From Acidimicrobiia bacterium (GTDB lineage Bacteria; Actinomycetota; Acidimicrobiia; Spongiisociales; Spongiisociaceae): a stretch of 64,000 bases of DNA. Below are positions 37,802 to 48,557 of the stretch, in pieces (the first letter of the stretch is position 1; every line of letters starts with the position of its first letter). The notes below the pieces were generated by a model, which saw only the letters and a program-made list of their open reading frames with translations, did no database searches and was not told the origin of the DNA. Where the stretch lies: positions 35,766-99,765 of the forward strand of contig JBFGLM010000012.1 of assembly GCA_041576165.1 (NCBI GenBank). The letters are read 5' to 3'. A program made the translations under genes and the position numbers.

Positions 37802-39180
37802 CACCCCACCACCAACCGCACCGGATTGCCGACAACCCGAGCGGACCACACGGTGCGATCGTGCGCCACTGCGGAATACGTGAAGTCGAGGCTCCAGAAG
37901 CAGCCCGGTCCCACCGCCGGCGTGCAGGTATAGGCACCGGGAATCTCGATCTCCCAATCGACCCATGAGCCGTTGAGCTGGCTGGGCCCCCCGGCTGAGA
38001 CGGTGTCGATCGTGCAGCTATTGGTCCACGTCGCGGTTCCGCGCACGCGCCACCGGCAGCTGCTGGGAACTGTCCCTGGCGCCACCACCGAGATCGTCCC
38101 ATTGCCCGTGGAGTCTCCCGGATCGAAGAGGCCGACGATCAGCGTCTTGCCTGCATGCACATCGGGGATCTCGGCGAGGTCCACCCGAGTCGTGCCTGCC
38201 GACACGCGTGAATAGATGCTGATATCCCCGAGCCCGTACACGGCCGTGGCCTGGGGCGCGCGCACGGCGAAGTTGTTGAACGTCCCTCCGCCATCGGTTT
38301 CGATCTGGAGCGTGTAGATGCCCGGCGTGGGCGAGATCGTGCACAGCGTCACCCAATCGGTGTAGCCGGCCTGCTCTGCATCGACCCCGAGGCTGCAGAC
38401 GCTGGCTCCGAGGTCCGTTACGTCGTAGGGCGTACTGTCGGGTGGATACAACGAGTAGGTGGTGCGCGGACCATTGTTCGAATCCGGCAACAGATACTCA
38501 CCCGTTTCAGGCGAGCCGTCGTAGAACGCCGCGTTGTAGATCTCGACGCTGAGCGTGGGAGTGCCCGGCGCCACCTCGACCGCCAGATAATATCCGCCGC
38601 TCCGGTATTCCCCATTGGGTCCCGTGTCGCAGCTGTTGTCAGGTGAATCGCCGATGCCGCCGACGATGCAGCTGGTGGCGTAGGCGTCGCCGTCCTCATA
38701 ATCCGTGAACTCGCCGTTGATCGAAGCCCAGAAGTTGTTGTCGGACTCGACCCCAAAGCGGTTGATGTTGCTGCCGAGCCGTACTGGGAGAATGTACTGC
38801 GCGGTGGCGGCTCGGCTGATCGTCACCTGGTCCTGGCCCAGAACCCGCAGGAAGAACGTGTCGACCGGTGTTGTCAGGGTCACATTCAAGCTGTTGTCGA
38901 TCCCAACCGAGGAGGACAGACTGGTGCCGCCGCCCATCACGTAGCCGTTGGCGAGCGCCGCAGCTTCGGCCGATGTTTGCGCCTGAACGGCATCGGCCGG
39001 CAGGTGGGTCACGCCCGAGAGTGCGGCTGCGTCCGCGGCGTTCTGGACACGGCTGGCATTCACCCACAGCCACCCGAGATCTACCGCGAACGCGGCCAGC
39101 CCGAGCAGGAGCACCACGACCGCCGACAGGAGCATGATGGCCGACCCGTGATCGCGGCCGGCGAGCTGTCGAAAGATCAC
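37801..39180 (-). CDS. TadG-like large pilin/adhesin
   Basis: DHGSA, AAFAVDLGWL...VQNAADAAALSG; Cys-rich beta C-terminal region. Confidence 0.85.
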   Translation of the reverse strand: MIFRQLAGRDHGSAIMLLSAVVVLLLGLAAFAVDLGWLWVNASRVQNAADAAALSGVTHLPADAVQAQTSAEAAALANGYVMGGGTSLSSSVGIDNSLNVTLTTPVDTFFLRVLGQDQVTISRAATAQYILPVRLGSNINRFGVESDNNFWASINGEFTDYEDGDAYATSCIVGGIGDSPDNSCDTGPNGEYRSGGYYLAVEVAPGTPTLSVEIYNAAFYDGSPETGEYLLPDSNNGPRTTYSLYPPDSTPYDVTDLGASVCSLGVDAEQAGYTDWVTLCTISPTPGIYTLQIETDGGGTFNNFAVRAPQATAVYGLGDISIYSRVSAGTTRVDLAEIPDVHAGKTLIVGLFDPGDSTGNGTISVVAPGTVPSSCRWRVRGTATWTNSCTIDTVSAGGPSQLNGSWVDWEIEIPGAYTCTPAVGPGCFWSLDFTYSAVAHDRTVWSARVVGNPVRLVVG

Positions 39181-39746
39181 TCGAAGGCCTCCGGCTCCAG
39201 GCGGGTGATGGTGGCTTGCTCCAACTGCAGAGTCCCGCCAAACGGCCCGAGATTCGTTATCCAGTCGTGGTCGTACACCAGCTTCACGCCGATGATGTCG
39301 AGCGGGCTGGTCGGGCCGGTGATGGTGTTGCGGGTCGTCGGGTCCCACAGCACCGATTGCGTCCAGTTGGCGCAGACGGCTGGGTCACCGGTCACATAGG
39401 TATAGACGTTGGTCTTCGTGGGATCCTGGCCGCCGCCGGGAATACCACGGAAGATCTCGACCCGCTCGAGCTGCTGCAGGTCGAGGGCGGTGAGCGAATC
39501 CGAGAGTCCGGCCAGCACCGAACAGTCGGCGGTGGGCTCGTTGCCTGCAGATGACGCGATCCGGGCGCCCTCCCGTGCCGCATTGGAGACGGACAGGAAG
39601 TCCTTGAATGCCAGCCCGAACTCCGCAATCCCGACCACAAAGAGCACGATCACCGGCAGCACGAGCGCAAACTCGAGGAGCGTCGCACCCTGCTCGGCGT
39701 GCGATCGCCTCCGCTCTTTGTCGCTCCCCGGCAGTCCCCAGCCCAT
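39177..39746 (-). CDS. TadE-like pseudopilin
   Basis: EQG|ATLLEFALVLP, AAREGAR, RLEP. Confidence 0.9.
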   Translation of the reverse strand: MGWGLPGSDKERRRSHAEQGATLLEFALVLPVIVLFVVGIAEFGLAFKDFLSVSNAAREGARIASSAGNEPTADCSVLAGLSDSLTALDLQQLERVEIFRGIPGGGQDPTKTNVYTYVTGDPAVCANWTQSVLWDPTTRNTITGPTSPLDIIGVKLVYDHDWITNLGPFGGTLQLEQATITRLEPEAFE

Positions 39747-39922
39747 CGATCCCCGTCCACCCCAGTGTTGGCATGGCCGGCGCGGCGAGAGCGGTCGCCG
39801 CGCACGGGGGGCCTCCCAGCCCCGCCGTCGAGAATACCACTATATGTGAACCTACTACCGTGAGTGAATTGTCATAAATCAGTCTTTTCACGACAAGCTC
39901 ACCTGCGGCGCATGTAGCCCCG

Positions 39923-41458
39923 TTATGGAATCAGGTGAACAGGAGCCCCGACCATGCTGGCGCTCCATGTGGTCGTGTCCGTCGGACTGCCGGGGAAGAC
40001 GTAGTCGATCTTCCACCAGCAGTTCGGTGCGCAGGTGTAGGTGTCGGGAAGCTGCATCTCGAGCTTCACGAAATCGCCGTTGTAGTCATCGGGGCCGCCA
40101 CCGCCGTTGTCGGCGAAGAACTCGCACGGCATTCGTGTCCCGCGGCTGGTCCAGCTGGCGGTCACATCCGGCCGAACGAACATCTCGCACTCACCAACTG
40201 TGCTCCAGCCGGCGCCGTTCGGCGCCCGCACCTTGACCGTCCCGCCGCCGCCAGCGTCGCCGGGATCGTACAGCTCCACGACGAAGGTGCGCCCGCGATA
40301 GAACTCCTGAACTTCGGCGAGGAAGAAGTCGGTCGTTGTGCCGACCGCGTTGTTGTACAGGGCCATGTCACGCAGCCCGTAGAGTCGGGCGGGCCCGCCG
40401 ATACCCTGCGCGCGGACCGAGTAGCGGTTCAGGCCGTCGTCAAAGTCGTTGCCGGCCATGTCGACGGCTCGCACTTGCAGCACGTAGATGCCGGGCAGCG
40501 CGGCCGCCACGTCGAAACATCCGGCCGGCGACGACCAGGTATAAGGATCGGTCACGTCGACCTGGGGCTGTGGCGCGACGGTCGTTTGGCAGACGACCGG
40601 GTTGTCCAGCACCAGCGGCGTCGCGTCCGGCCCGTAGAGCGTGAGCTCCATGTGCATCCCGCACCCGGGATCGCCCGGATTGCCCCACGAGTCCTCGCAG
40701 CCGCGGTCGCCGGTCCTGATGGTATCGCTGGTCGGGAAGCCGCCCGAGTCGTTGTGGTGGGCGATGTCGAGAAATTGGACGCGGAAGCCGGCCGCCCCAT
40801 TGGCCTCGATTCCGTACACATAGCCGGAGCTGCGGTGGGCGTTGCTGGTGGGACAGGTCTCCACACTCCCGGTGTTGTCGGCGCAGCGTGACGAGAATGC
40901 ATCGCCCATCCGCGTGTCGGTGTCGATGCCGTGGATGTTCGCCCAGAAGTTGGGCTGACCCGTGCAGCCGGGTTGCGACGGATCACAACTGTTTCCGAAG
41001 ATGCCGTACGGGGAACCCAGCGGCAGCGGAGGCAGATACTCCGCGGTAGCGTTTCGCGTGATCGTTTGCGTATCCATACCGAAGATCGACAGGAAGAAGA
41101 GGTCGATCTCATCGCTGATCGTGACCTCGAGTTGAGTCAGCTCGCCGCCCGGCTGTGGGTTGGGCGTCACCGTTGTCGAGGGACCACCCTGATAGCCGTT
41201 CTGGGATGCGACCGTCACCGCAACCGTCGCGGCGTTGGCGGGGCTGCTCGGAAGCTCGACAACACCCGACAACGCAGACGCCTCCGCCACTCGCTGTATC
41301 CGGCTGGCATTGACGAACATCCAACCCAAATCGGTGGCAAAGGCAGCCATCCCGATCAGGACCACCATCATCACGGCGAACAGCGGGAGCATGGCTGCGT
41401 TGTCGTCGGACAGATGCCGTTGAATTCGCCGGCGGCAGCGCCGGACTCGCCACCTCAA
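39923..41458 (-). CDS. TadG-like large pilin/adhesin (paralog of 37801..39180)
   Basis: AAFATDLGWM..NASRIQ..AEASALSG; shared NFWA.I.G, GDA, L(F/Y)DPGD, DTTTWSA; TTG start overlapping the upstream stop is inferred. Confidence 0.85.
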   Translation of the reverse strand: MRWRVRRCRRRIQRHLSDDNAAMLPLFAVMMVVLIGMAAFATDLGWMFVNASRIQRVAEASALSGVVELPSSPANAATVAVTVASQNGYQGGPSTTVTPNPQPGGELTQLEVTISDEIDLFFLSIFGMDTQTITRNATAEYLPPLPLGSPYGIFGNSCDPSQPGCTGQPNFWANIHGIDTDTRMGDAFSSRCADNTGSVETCPTSNAHRSSGYVYGIEANGAAGFRVQFLDIAHHNDSGGFPTSDTIRTGDRGCEDSWGNPGDPGCGMHMELTLYGPDATPLVLDNPVVCQTTVAPQPQVDVTDPYTWSSPAGCFDVAAALPGIYVLQVRAVDMAGNDFDDGLNRYSVRAQGIGGPARLYGLRDMALYNNAVGTTTDFFLAEVQEFYRGRTFVVELYDPGDAGGGGTVKVRAPNGAGWSTVGECEMFVRPDVTASWTSRGTRMPCEFFADNGGGGPDDYNGDFVKLEMQLPDTYTCAPNCWWKIDYVFPGSPTDTTTWSASMVGAPVHLIP

Positions 41459-41952
41459 AGTCCAAATTCCGGCTCGAGGCGGATTATCTCCTGGTCTGAC
41501 CAGCTGGCCGGCGCCGCGGCCCAGAGACCCACGACCCAGTCGTGAGTCCAGTTGATCCGCACCCCCACCGTGTCGAGGCTGGCGAAGACGGTGCTGCGCG
41601 AACCGGCCGGCCAGCCGCATGGGCTGCAGCCACCGAATCCGCCCGAATAGGGGTAGCCCTGGGTCAGGCCCTGGCTGCCATCTACCAGCACCTCGTAGAT
41701 CTCGACAGACGTGATCGTCGCCCGCGGCGCGCCGGCCATTGCGTCCTCGATGGCGGAGAGGATCGCAGCATCCGTCGTTGGGGCGTCGCCGCCGGATGCT
41801 GCCACGCGTACCGCCGTGCGGGTTGAGTTGGAGACGGCCAGCCAGTCGACAAAGGCAAAGCCGAATTCCGCCGCCACCACCGACAGCAGGAGCAGGATGG
41901 GCAGCAGCAGGGCGAACTCCACCGATGCTATGCCTCGATCGTTACGAATCAT
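41455..41952 (-). CDS. TadE-like pseudopilin
   Basis: DRG|IASVEFALLLP, RLEP. Confidence 0.9.
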   Translation of the reverse strand: MIRNDRGIASVEFALLLPILLLLSVVAAEFGFAFVDWLAVSNSTRTAVRVAASGGDAPTTDAAILSAIEDAMAGAPRATITSVEIYEVLVDGSQGLTQGYPYSGGFGGCSPCGWPAGSRSTVFASLDTVGVRINWTHDWVVGLWAAAPASWSDQEIIRLEPEFGL

Positions 41953-42512
41953 GAGCTGAACATCTGTGGTTCGAGCTGGTTCGTGACCGAACGGGAGAGG
42001 TCGATCGTGCTGCCGAAGAAACCTGTCACCCAGTTGTGCGTGAAGTCGATCTCGACGGTTGCCCGGTCGAGGTTGCCCACCTCCACGTCACGGTCTACGG
42101 GTGCCCAGGGCGGCTGGATGTAGAGCCCGGGCAGGTCGGGATCCGGACACGGTGACCAGGTGCAGGCGCTGGCCGGCGTGTAGCTGTAGGTATTCACGGG
42201 CCCGCCGTCCGGGTTGAAGATCCTCACTTCACCGATGGCGTTGAGATTCGCTCCGGCAAAGGACTGCTCGATGGCCCGCAGGGCGCTTATGTCTGCGACC
42301 GGATCGTCGGCGGCGGCCGCCAGCGCCGAAGCGCTCTCCCGGCTGGCGTGTGAGATCGTTATCCAGTCCTTGAAGACCAGGCCGAACTCGAGGATACCGA
42401 TGAGGATCGGGAGGGCGATGAGCGCGAATACAACGGCGCTTTCGACCAGTGTTGCCCCGTGGTCGCGACACAGAACGCCACCCCGGCACGCTCCGGGCTG
42501 GCGCTCGGACAT
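41949..42512 (-). CDS. TadE-like pseudopilin
   Basis: DHG|ATLVE, EFGLVFKDW, QLEP. Confidence 0.88.
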   Translation of the reverse strand: MSERQPGACRGGVLCRDHGATLVESAVVFALIALPILIGILEFGLVFKDWITISHASRESASALAAAADDPVADISALRAIEQSFAGANLNAIGEVRIFNPDGGPVNTYSYTPASACTWSPCPDPDLPGLYIQPPWAPVDRDVEVGNLDRATVEIDFTHNWVTGFFGSTIDLSRSVTNQLEPQMFSS

Positions 42513-42968
42513 GTAGCCCCCAGATGTGTTCCCTGGCATGGGAGTCTCCCCGCCGCGTCCCAGGCACTTCTCGCCCTGGCTTCCCGTCCCCCGTTGTGCT
42601 CTGCCCCGCGCTGCGAAGACCTCTCCGCAGCGCCGGTGGAGGGTCAGCGTTCCATGCTGTGACGGGGATTCACCCGTCGCCCACCCAATCACGGCCATGA
42701 TGGGCAACTGGGAGAGGTAGGAAGGGGCCAAATCTGTGCCCCCCGCGATGACTAGTACGTGGGCGACCGCTAGGGGATCAGGTGCACTGGGCGCCGATGA
42801 TCTCCGATCGCCACGTCGTTGTGTCGTTCACCGATCCAAGATATTCGTAGATTTTCGTCCGCACCTCTCGGCGGTCGCGACAGGATCTGGGAACGCGACG
42901 GCCCGAGTCTCGACGGCAGGAACACGTGGATCAGATGTCCGGCCGAACCACGAACAGCGGGCGTGGGG

Positions 42969-43730
42969 TCAGGTCTGGCCCAATAGGTGACGGTTGCGAA
43001 GCTTGGCCTGGAGGTAGTCCCGGTTCATCTGAGCGATGGTGTCGAGATTGATCGACTTGGGGCAGGCTTTTTCGCACTCGCCGTGATTGGTGCAGGAACC
43101 GAAGTAGCGCTCCATCGTCTCGACCATGTGCTCTGTTCTCGACCAGCGCTCGGGCTGGCCCTGAGGAAGCAGGTTCAGCTGGGTGATCTTGGCGGCTGTG
43201 AACAGTTGGGCGGCGCTATTCGGGCACGCGGCGACGCACGCTCCGCAGCCGATGCAGGCCGCGGCATCCATCGCCGCTTCCGCAGCATCGGTCGGTACCA
43301 GCAGCAAGTTGGCGTCCGGGGCGGAGCCTGTGGCCACGGTGATGTAGCCGCCCGCCTCGATGATGCGATCGAATGCACCCCGATCGACGAAGAGGTCCTT
43401 GATCACAGGGAAAGCAGTGGCTCGCCACGGTTCGATCACGATCGTGTCGCCGTCGACAAACTTACGCATGTGCAGCTGGCAGGTAGCTGTACCGAGCTGG
43501 GGGCCATGCGCCTTGCCGTTGATCATCAGCCCGCAGGAACCGCAGATCCCCTCCCGGCAGTCGTGATCGAACGTAACGGGCTCCCGGCCGGCTGCGATGA
43601 GACGCTCGTTGACCACGTCCAGCATCTCGAGAAACGACATGTCCTCGGAGATGTCGGGGGCGTCGTACGTCTCGAACCGGCCATCATCGGTTGGACCGTC
43701 CTGGCGCCAGATTCGCAGTGTCAAGTGCAT
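42969..43730 (-). CDS. sdhB: Succinate dehydrogenase/fumarate reductase Fe-S subunit
   Basis: [34 protein letters not shown]. Confidence 0.97.
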   Translation of the reverse strand: MHLTLRIWRQDGPTDDGRFETYDAPDISEDMSFLEMLDVVNERLIAAGREPVTFDHDCREGICGSCGLMINGKAHGPQLGTATCQLHMRKFVDGDTIVIEPWRATAFPVIKDLFVDRGAFDRIIEAGGYITVATGSAPDANLLLVPTDAAEAAMDAAACIGCGACVAACPNSAAQLFTAAKITQLNLLPQGQPERWSRTEHMVETMERYFGSCTNHGECEKACPKSINLDTIAQMNRDYLQAKLRNRHLLGQT

Positions 43731-43741
43731 CGCGTCCGTTC

Positions 43742-45664
43742 CTACTTGTAGCTGCGTTGCGACAGCTTGACGTACTCGAAATCGAGATCTTCCTTGTGGA
43801 GGACCGGCTCGTTTTCCTCTTGCCATTCCCAAGCCGCGACGTATTTGAAATTCTCGTCGTCGCGGAGCGCTTCGCCCTCTTCCGTTTGGGACTCGAGCCG
43901 GAAATGGCCCCCGCAGGATTCACGCCGGTGACGCGCGTCGATGCACATCAGCTCGGCGAGTTCCAAGAAGTCGGCCACGCGGCCTGCTTTCTCCAGTCCC
44001 TGATTGAGGGTGTCGCCCGAGCCCATCACTCGAACGTCCTTGTAGAACTCTCCCCGCAAACTGCGGATCTCAGCCGCGGCTTTCTCCAGGCCCTCCTCGT
44101 CCCGGGCCATGCCGCAGTAGTCCCACAGCAGCTTGCCGAGCTCACGGTGAAACCAATCGACGGTGCGGGTGCCGCCGATCGAGAGGAGCTGCTGAGTGCG
44201 GTCGGACACGTCTCGCTCGACCTGTTTGAACACCGGCTCGTCGGTCGACATGACGTCGTCGTTCAAATAGTCGGAGAGGTAGTCGCCAATGGTGTAGGGG
44301 ATGACGAAGTAGCCGTCGGCAAGGCCTTGCATCAATGCACTGGCACCGAGCCGGTTGGCGCCGTGGTCTGAGTAGTTTGCCTCACCCAGCGAGTAGAGAC
44401 CCGGCACGTTGGTCATGAGGTTGTAGTCCACCCACAACCCGCCCATCGTGTAGTGGACGGCCGGGTAGATCCGCATGGGTTGCCGGTAGGGGTCCTCGCC
44501 GGTGATCCGCTCGTACATCTCGAAGAGGTTGCCGTACCGGGCGCGAACGACGTCCTCCCCAAGGCGCTCGATGGCGTCGGCAAAATCGAGGTACACGCCG
44601 TTCTGGAGGGGTCCAACGCCGTGCATTTGGTCGACCATCCGCTTGGCCGCGCGACTGGCGACATCGCGGGGGACCAGGTTGCCGAATGCCGGGTAGATGC
44701 GCTCTAGGTAGTAGTCGCGCTCGCTCTCGGGGATCTCCCCCGGCGGGCGCTCGTCGCCGGCTTTATGCGGGACCCAGATCCGGCCGTCGTTGCGCAGAGA
44801 CTCCGACATGAGCGTCAGCTTGGACTGGAACTCGTCGGAGGCGGGGATGCAGGTCGGATGGATCTGGGTGAAGCACGGGTTGGCGAAGTAAGCCCCACGC
44901 TTGGTTGCCCGCCACACTGCGGTGGCGTTGGATTTCATGGCGTTGGTCGACAAGAAGTAGGCGTTGCCGTACCCGCCGGTAGCCAGGACCACGGCGTGGG
45001 CGGAGTGCGATTGGACTTCGCCTGTGAGCAGATTTCGGGTGACGATCCCCACCGCCCGACCGTCATGGATGACGACGTCGAGCATCTCGGTGTACGTGTG
45101 GAGGTCCACCGTCCCGAGGTGGACCTGGCGCATCAGGGCCTGGTAGGCGCCGAGCAGCAACTGCTGGCCGGTCTGGCCCCGGGCATAGAACGTGCGGGAG
45201 ACTTGGGCCCCGCCAAACGACCGGTTGGCCAGCAGCCCGCCGTATTCACGGGCGAAGGGGACGCCCTGGGCGGCGCACTGGTCGATGATGTCCACTGAGA
45301 CCTGCGCGAGCCGGTACACGTTGGATTCGCGCGAGCGATAATCGCCGCCCTTGACGGTGTCGTAGAACAGCCTGTACACCGAGTCGCCGTCGTTCTGGTA
45401 GTTCTTCGCCGCGTTGATGCCGCCCTGGGCGGCGATCGAATGGGCCCGGCGGGGCGAATCGTGGAAGGTGAACGCCTTCACGCTGTAGCCCAGCTCGGCC
45501 AGGGTGGCAGCGGCCGATGCTCCGGCGAGTCCAGTGCCGACGACGATGATCGTGAAGCGGCGTTTGTTAGCCGGGTTGACGAGCCTGATGCTGAATTTGT
45601 GGTTCTCCCACCGATCCTCGATGGGCCCGGAAGGCACTCTGGAGTCGAGTGTGGCTGTGCTCAT
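43742..45664 (-). CDS. sdhA: Succinate dehydrogenase/fumarate reductase flavoprotein
   Basis: [44 protein letters not shown]. Confidence 0.97.
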   Translation of the reverse strand: MSTATLDSRVPSGPIEDRWENHKFSIRLVNPANKRRFTIIVVGTGLAGASAAATLAELGYSVKAFTFHDSPRRAHSIAAQGGINAAKNYQNDGDSVYRLFYDTVKGGDYRSRESNVYRLAQVSVDIIDQCAAQGVPFAREYGGLLANRSFGGAQVSRTFYARGQTGQQLLLGAYQALMRQVHLGTVDLHTYTEMLDVVIHDGRAVGIVTRNLLTGEVQSHSAHAVVLATGGYGNAYFLSTNAMKSNATAVWRATKRGAYFANPCFTQIHPTCIPASDEFQSKLTLMSESLRNDGRIWVPHKAGDERPPGEIPESERDYYLERIYPAFGNLVPRDVASRAAKRMVDQMHGVGPLQNGVYLDFADAIERLGEDVVRARYGNLFEMYERITGEDPYRQPMRIYPAVHYTMGGLWVDYNLMTNVPGLYSLGEANYSDHGANRLGASALMQGLADGYFVIPYTIGDYLSDYLNDDVMSTDEPVFKQVERDVSDRTQQLLSIGGTRTVDWFHRELGKLLWDYCGMARDEEGLEKAAAEIRSLRGEFYKDVRVMGSGDTLNQGLEKAGRVADFLELAELMCIDARHRRESCGGHFRLESQTEEGEALRDDENFKYVAAWEWQEENEPVLHKEDLDFEYVKLSQRSYK

Positions 45665-45677
45665 CGGTGTCCTACTT

Positions 45678-46400
45678 TCAGTGAATGATTCCGGTGGCGA
45701 TGCCCACGGGCACGGTGAGGAATCCGCCGACGATGATCACCATCAAGCCGGTGGCAAACACACGGCGGAAGCGGTTGAACCGAGGAGAGTAGAAGCCCAG
45801 GCTCTGGAACATGCTCCAGGCCCCGTGATACACGTGGAACCCCAGCGCCAGTTGTGCCACTACGTAGAGCAACCAAACCGGCCACCGCTGGAGGCTGAAA
45901 AGGAGGTTGTCGTACACCTCGCCGCGCACGAACTCGGGGTTGACGAACTCGACCCCCCAGGTCAGATCGGCGAGATGCCAGATCAGGAAGAGCAGTACGA
46001 TCGTTCCGCTCCAGCGCATGGTGCGGCTGGCGTAGTCAGCGGCCAGGTAATCGCGAGGCGACTGGTATTTGACCGCGCGGGCCTGCAGGTTGCGGTAGCC
46101 GAGGTAGTAGGCGGCGTGTATGTGGATGATGAACGCCGCTATGAGAGGCGCCCGCAGGAAGACCCAGAGCAACAGCGTGCGGGGGAACAGCGGTTCGCCG
46201 ATGTCACGCAAACCTTCGCCGTAGTGGTTGATCTGGGTGGCACCCTCGAACATGTGCAGATTGCCCGCCATGTGGGCCACGACGAAGCCGAGCAGGAGGA
46301 TTCCGGTGATCGCCATGGCGTACTTCTTGCCCACGTCGGTCCGGTACAGCTCGACGATCCAAGGGACCCGCCGCCTGCGCCGTTCGAGAGTCGTTGCCAC
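45678..46400 (-). CDS. sdhC: Succinate dehydrogenase cytochrome b subunit
   Basis: [35 protein letters not shown]; heme-ligand His residues. Confidence 0.93.
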   Translation of the reverse strand: MATTLERRRRRVPWIVELYRTDVGKKYAMAITGILLLGFVVAHMAGNLHMFEGATQINHYGEGLRDIGEPLFPRTLLLWVFLRAPLIAAFIIHIHAAYYLGYRNLQARAVKYQSPRDYLAADYASRTMRWSGTIVLLFLIWHLADLTWGVEFVNPEFVRGEVYDNLLFSLQRWPVWLLYVVAQLALGFHVYHGAWSMFQSLGFYSPRFNRFRRVFATGLMVIIVGGFLTVPVGIATGIIH

Positions 46401-46519
46401 CGCCGTCCTTCCGCAGTCCGGGGCCATTATGACATCGGTCTCCGGGCACCCGCGTCCACGGTGGATGCCTGCCTGCCTGTGCCAGCCGGTGCGCGCACCG
46501 GGCGCTCGGCGGAGTCAGC

Positions 46520-47155
46520 TCAGACGATCCGCCGGTCGCTCGCCCACCTGGTCAACTCATGGCGGTTTGAGAGCTGGAGCTTGCGCAGCACAGACGACAC
46601 ATGGGTTTCCACCGTCTTGATGCTGATGTCGAGCTTGCGCGCTACCTGCTTGTAGGCAAACCCCCGGGCGATGAGACGCAATACTTCCTTCTCGCGACCC
46701 GTCAGCTGATCCAGTTCGGGATCGATCGGTCCTTGCACTGTCCCGGCAAAAGCGTCGAGGACGAAGCCCGCCAGCCGGGGTGAGAACACCGCATCGCCTT
46801 CGTGCACCCGGCGCACCGCCGCGCCCAGGTCCCCGGCCGCGATCGACTTGGTGATGTACCCCCGGGCACCGGCCCTGATCATGGCAATCACGTCGTCCGG
46901 CTCGTCCGAGACCGACAGGGCGAGAAATTTGATGGCGGGCGCACGCTCGGCCACCGAGGAGACAACCGCGTGGCCGCCGCCGCCCGGCATGTGTACGTCG
47001 ACCAGCACCACGTCGGGGTGGGTCGAGAGGACCGCGCCGATTGCCTCGTCGACGTCGGAGGACTGTCCGACGATGTCGAACTCGTCGCCCAGCTCGGCCC
47101 GGACACCGCTGAGGAAGAGCGCATGGTCGTCGACCAGAAAGACCGAGATCGTCAT
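46520..47155 (-). CDS. NarL/LuxR family response regulator
   Basis: LVDDH, LVDVHMP, GYITK, LTGREKEVL, KTVETHVS. Confidence 0.95.
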   Translation of the reverse strand: MTISVFLVDDHALFLSGVRAELGDEFDIVGQSSDVDEAIGAVLSTHPDVVLVDVHMPGGGGHAVVSSVAERAPAIKFLALSVSDEPDDVIAMIRAGARGYITKSIAAGDLGAAVRRVHEGDAVFSPRLAGFVLDAFAGTVQGPIDPELDQLTGREKEVLRLIARGFAYKQVARKLDISIKTVETHVSSVLRKLQLSNRHELTRWASDRRIV

Positions 47156-48408
47156 CGGGTGCTCCTCGTGATCGTGATGTGCACTTCGGTGCCTTCACCG
47201 GGCTGCGACTCGATCTCGACGTGGCCGCCGTGGCGGGACATCCGTCCAACCATCGAGTCGCTGATTCCGTAGCGGTCCTCCGCCACCGACTCCGGGTCAA
47301 AGCCTATGCCCTGATCGGTGACGAACACGTCGACCTCGCTCTCCGAGACTTCCAAATACACCGAGACGGACCGGGCGCCGGAGTGCTTGGCGGCGTTGAC
47401 CATCGCTTCGCGAGTCGCGCCGACCAACGCGTCGATCTTGTAGTCGAGCTCGCAGTCGCCGACGGTCACCAGTTCGACTGCGACCTGGTGGTCGCGTTCG
47501 ACGGTGGCAGCCGCCTGTTCGATGGCACGGGCCAGAGTCCCTCCGTTGGTCGTGCCGGACCCGAACAGCCAGGAACGGAGCTCTCGTTCCTGGATCCGGG
47601 CGAGAATCGCCTGCTCGGCCGGGTCTTTGGAACGCTGAATCAGCGCGAGGGTCTGCAGCACGGAATCGTGGAGGTGGGCGGCGAGTTCCTCTCGCTCCTC
47701 AGAGCGGACCCGCTCGAGGCGCTCATTGCGCAGGTCGGCGGACAGCCGGAACACCCACGGCCCGAACACGAGCAACAAGCCCACCCCTGAGATCAATGCG
47801 GCCAGCACGACACTACCCGCCGGGCGCAATGCATCGGAGGTCGTGAAGAACAGGGTCAAACCCACGGCAATCAGCAATCCGCCGGCGACCGCCCGCAGGC
47901 CCAGCTCGCGGCGGCTCCGCTCTGAGTCCTCTCCGCCGAGCAGGGCGTTGGTCCATCGGGTCCGCTGTGCACGATCGCTGCGAGCCCAAAGAGTCGCCAG
48001 GCCGAACGCAGTCAGCGTGACTGCGCCGCTGGAGGATCCCAGCCACAAGCTGGTCTCCGACAACGCCAGCAGGACCCCGGCGAACGCGATACCGGCGCCG
48101 ACGGTCCGGTTCCGCTCTGAGGCGGAGGAAGCGACGATCGGCTCTGATGGACCATCAACGACATGATGCGCGGTGAGCATCCACCCGATCGCGTACAGCA
48201 GGGCGCCCAAGCCGCCGGCAGTGAGAAGAGCGACAAAGGCCGCTCGCACATAGGCCGCATCAATACCGAGAGCGTCGGCAATGCCGCCCGCCAGACCGGC
48301 CACGACGCGCTCGTCGCGCCGGCGTGATACACCGAAGTTGGGCGGTCCGAGCGCCGCGTGGTCGTTGGCTGCCTGGGTCGCGATGGTCGTCTCCTGAGAC
48401 GGACACAT
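47152..48408 (-). CDS. Sensor histidine kinase with N-terminal PspC domain
   Basis: RVVAGLAGGIA, TM helices, AAHLHDSVLQTL, NAAKHSG, DQGIGF, GEGTEV. Confidence 0.92.
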   Translation of the reverse strand: MCPSQETTIATQAANDHAALGPPNFGVSRRRDERVVAGLAGGIADALGIDAAYVRAAFVALLTAGGLGALLYAIGWMLTAHHVVDGPSEPIVASSASERNRTVGAGIAFAGVLLALSETSLWLGSSSGAVTLTAFGLATLWARSDRAQRTRWTNALLGGEDSERSRRELGLRAVAGGLLIAVGLTLFFTTSDALRPAGSVVLAALISGVGLLLVFGPWVFRLSADLRNERLERVRSEEREELAAHLHDSVLQTLALIQRSKDPAEQAILARIQERELRSWLFGSGTTNGGTLARAIEQAAATVERDHQVAVELVTVGDCELDYKIDALVGATREAMVNAAKHSGARSVSVYLEVSESEVDVFVTDQGIGFDPESVAEDRYGISDSMVGRMSRHGGHVEIESQPGEGTEVHITITRSTR

Positions 48409-48436
48409 GATCTCATTGCGCCGTACCGCCCCACAA

Positions 48437-48494
48437 CCGGTGAAACCCCTGAGGAAAGCGTGCGTCATCAGGGTCGTCCCGGGGGCATCCCCGA
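48437..48494. promoter_or_regulatory. Three degenerate TCAGGG-N4-CCCTGA palindromes in the divergent promoter
   Basis: CCGGTG-AAAC-CCCTGA (48437), TCAGGG-TCGT-CCCGGG (48468), CCGGGG-GCAT-CCCCGA (48479). Confidence 0.55.
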
Positions 48495-48557
48495 TACCTA
48501 CCTGCCGGGTCCGATGCGACGATGCTGAAAACGAGTCGCGCCTGAAGGGAGAGCACA

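Noticed and set aside
42540-42610. Minus-strand GGGACGGGAAGCC resembling part of a c-di-GMP-I riboswitch upstream of Tad genes
   Set aside because: Lacks the GGCAAA-stem-GAAA P2 arm and the GCAAA junction; kept only as a generic structured leader
42736-42990. 84-aa ORF between the Tad cassette and sdhB as a possible Flp pilin
   Set aside because: No G|xxxxEY prepilin motif or hydrophobic helix; opposite strand to the cassette
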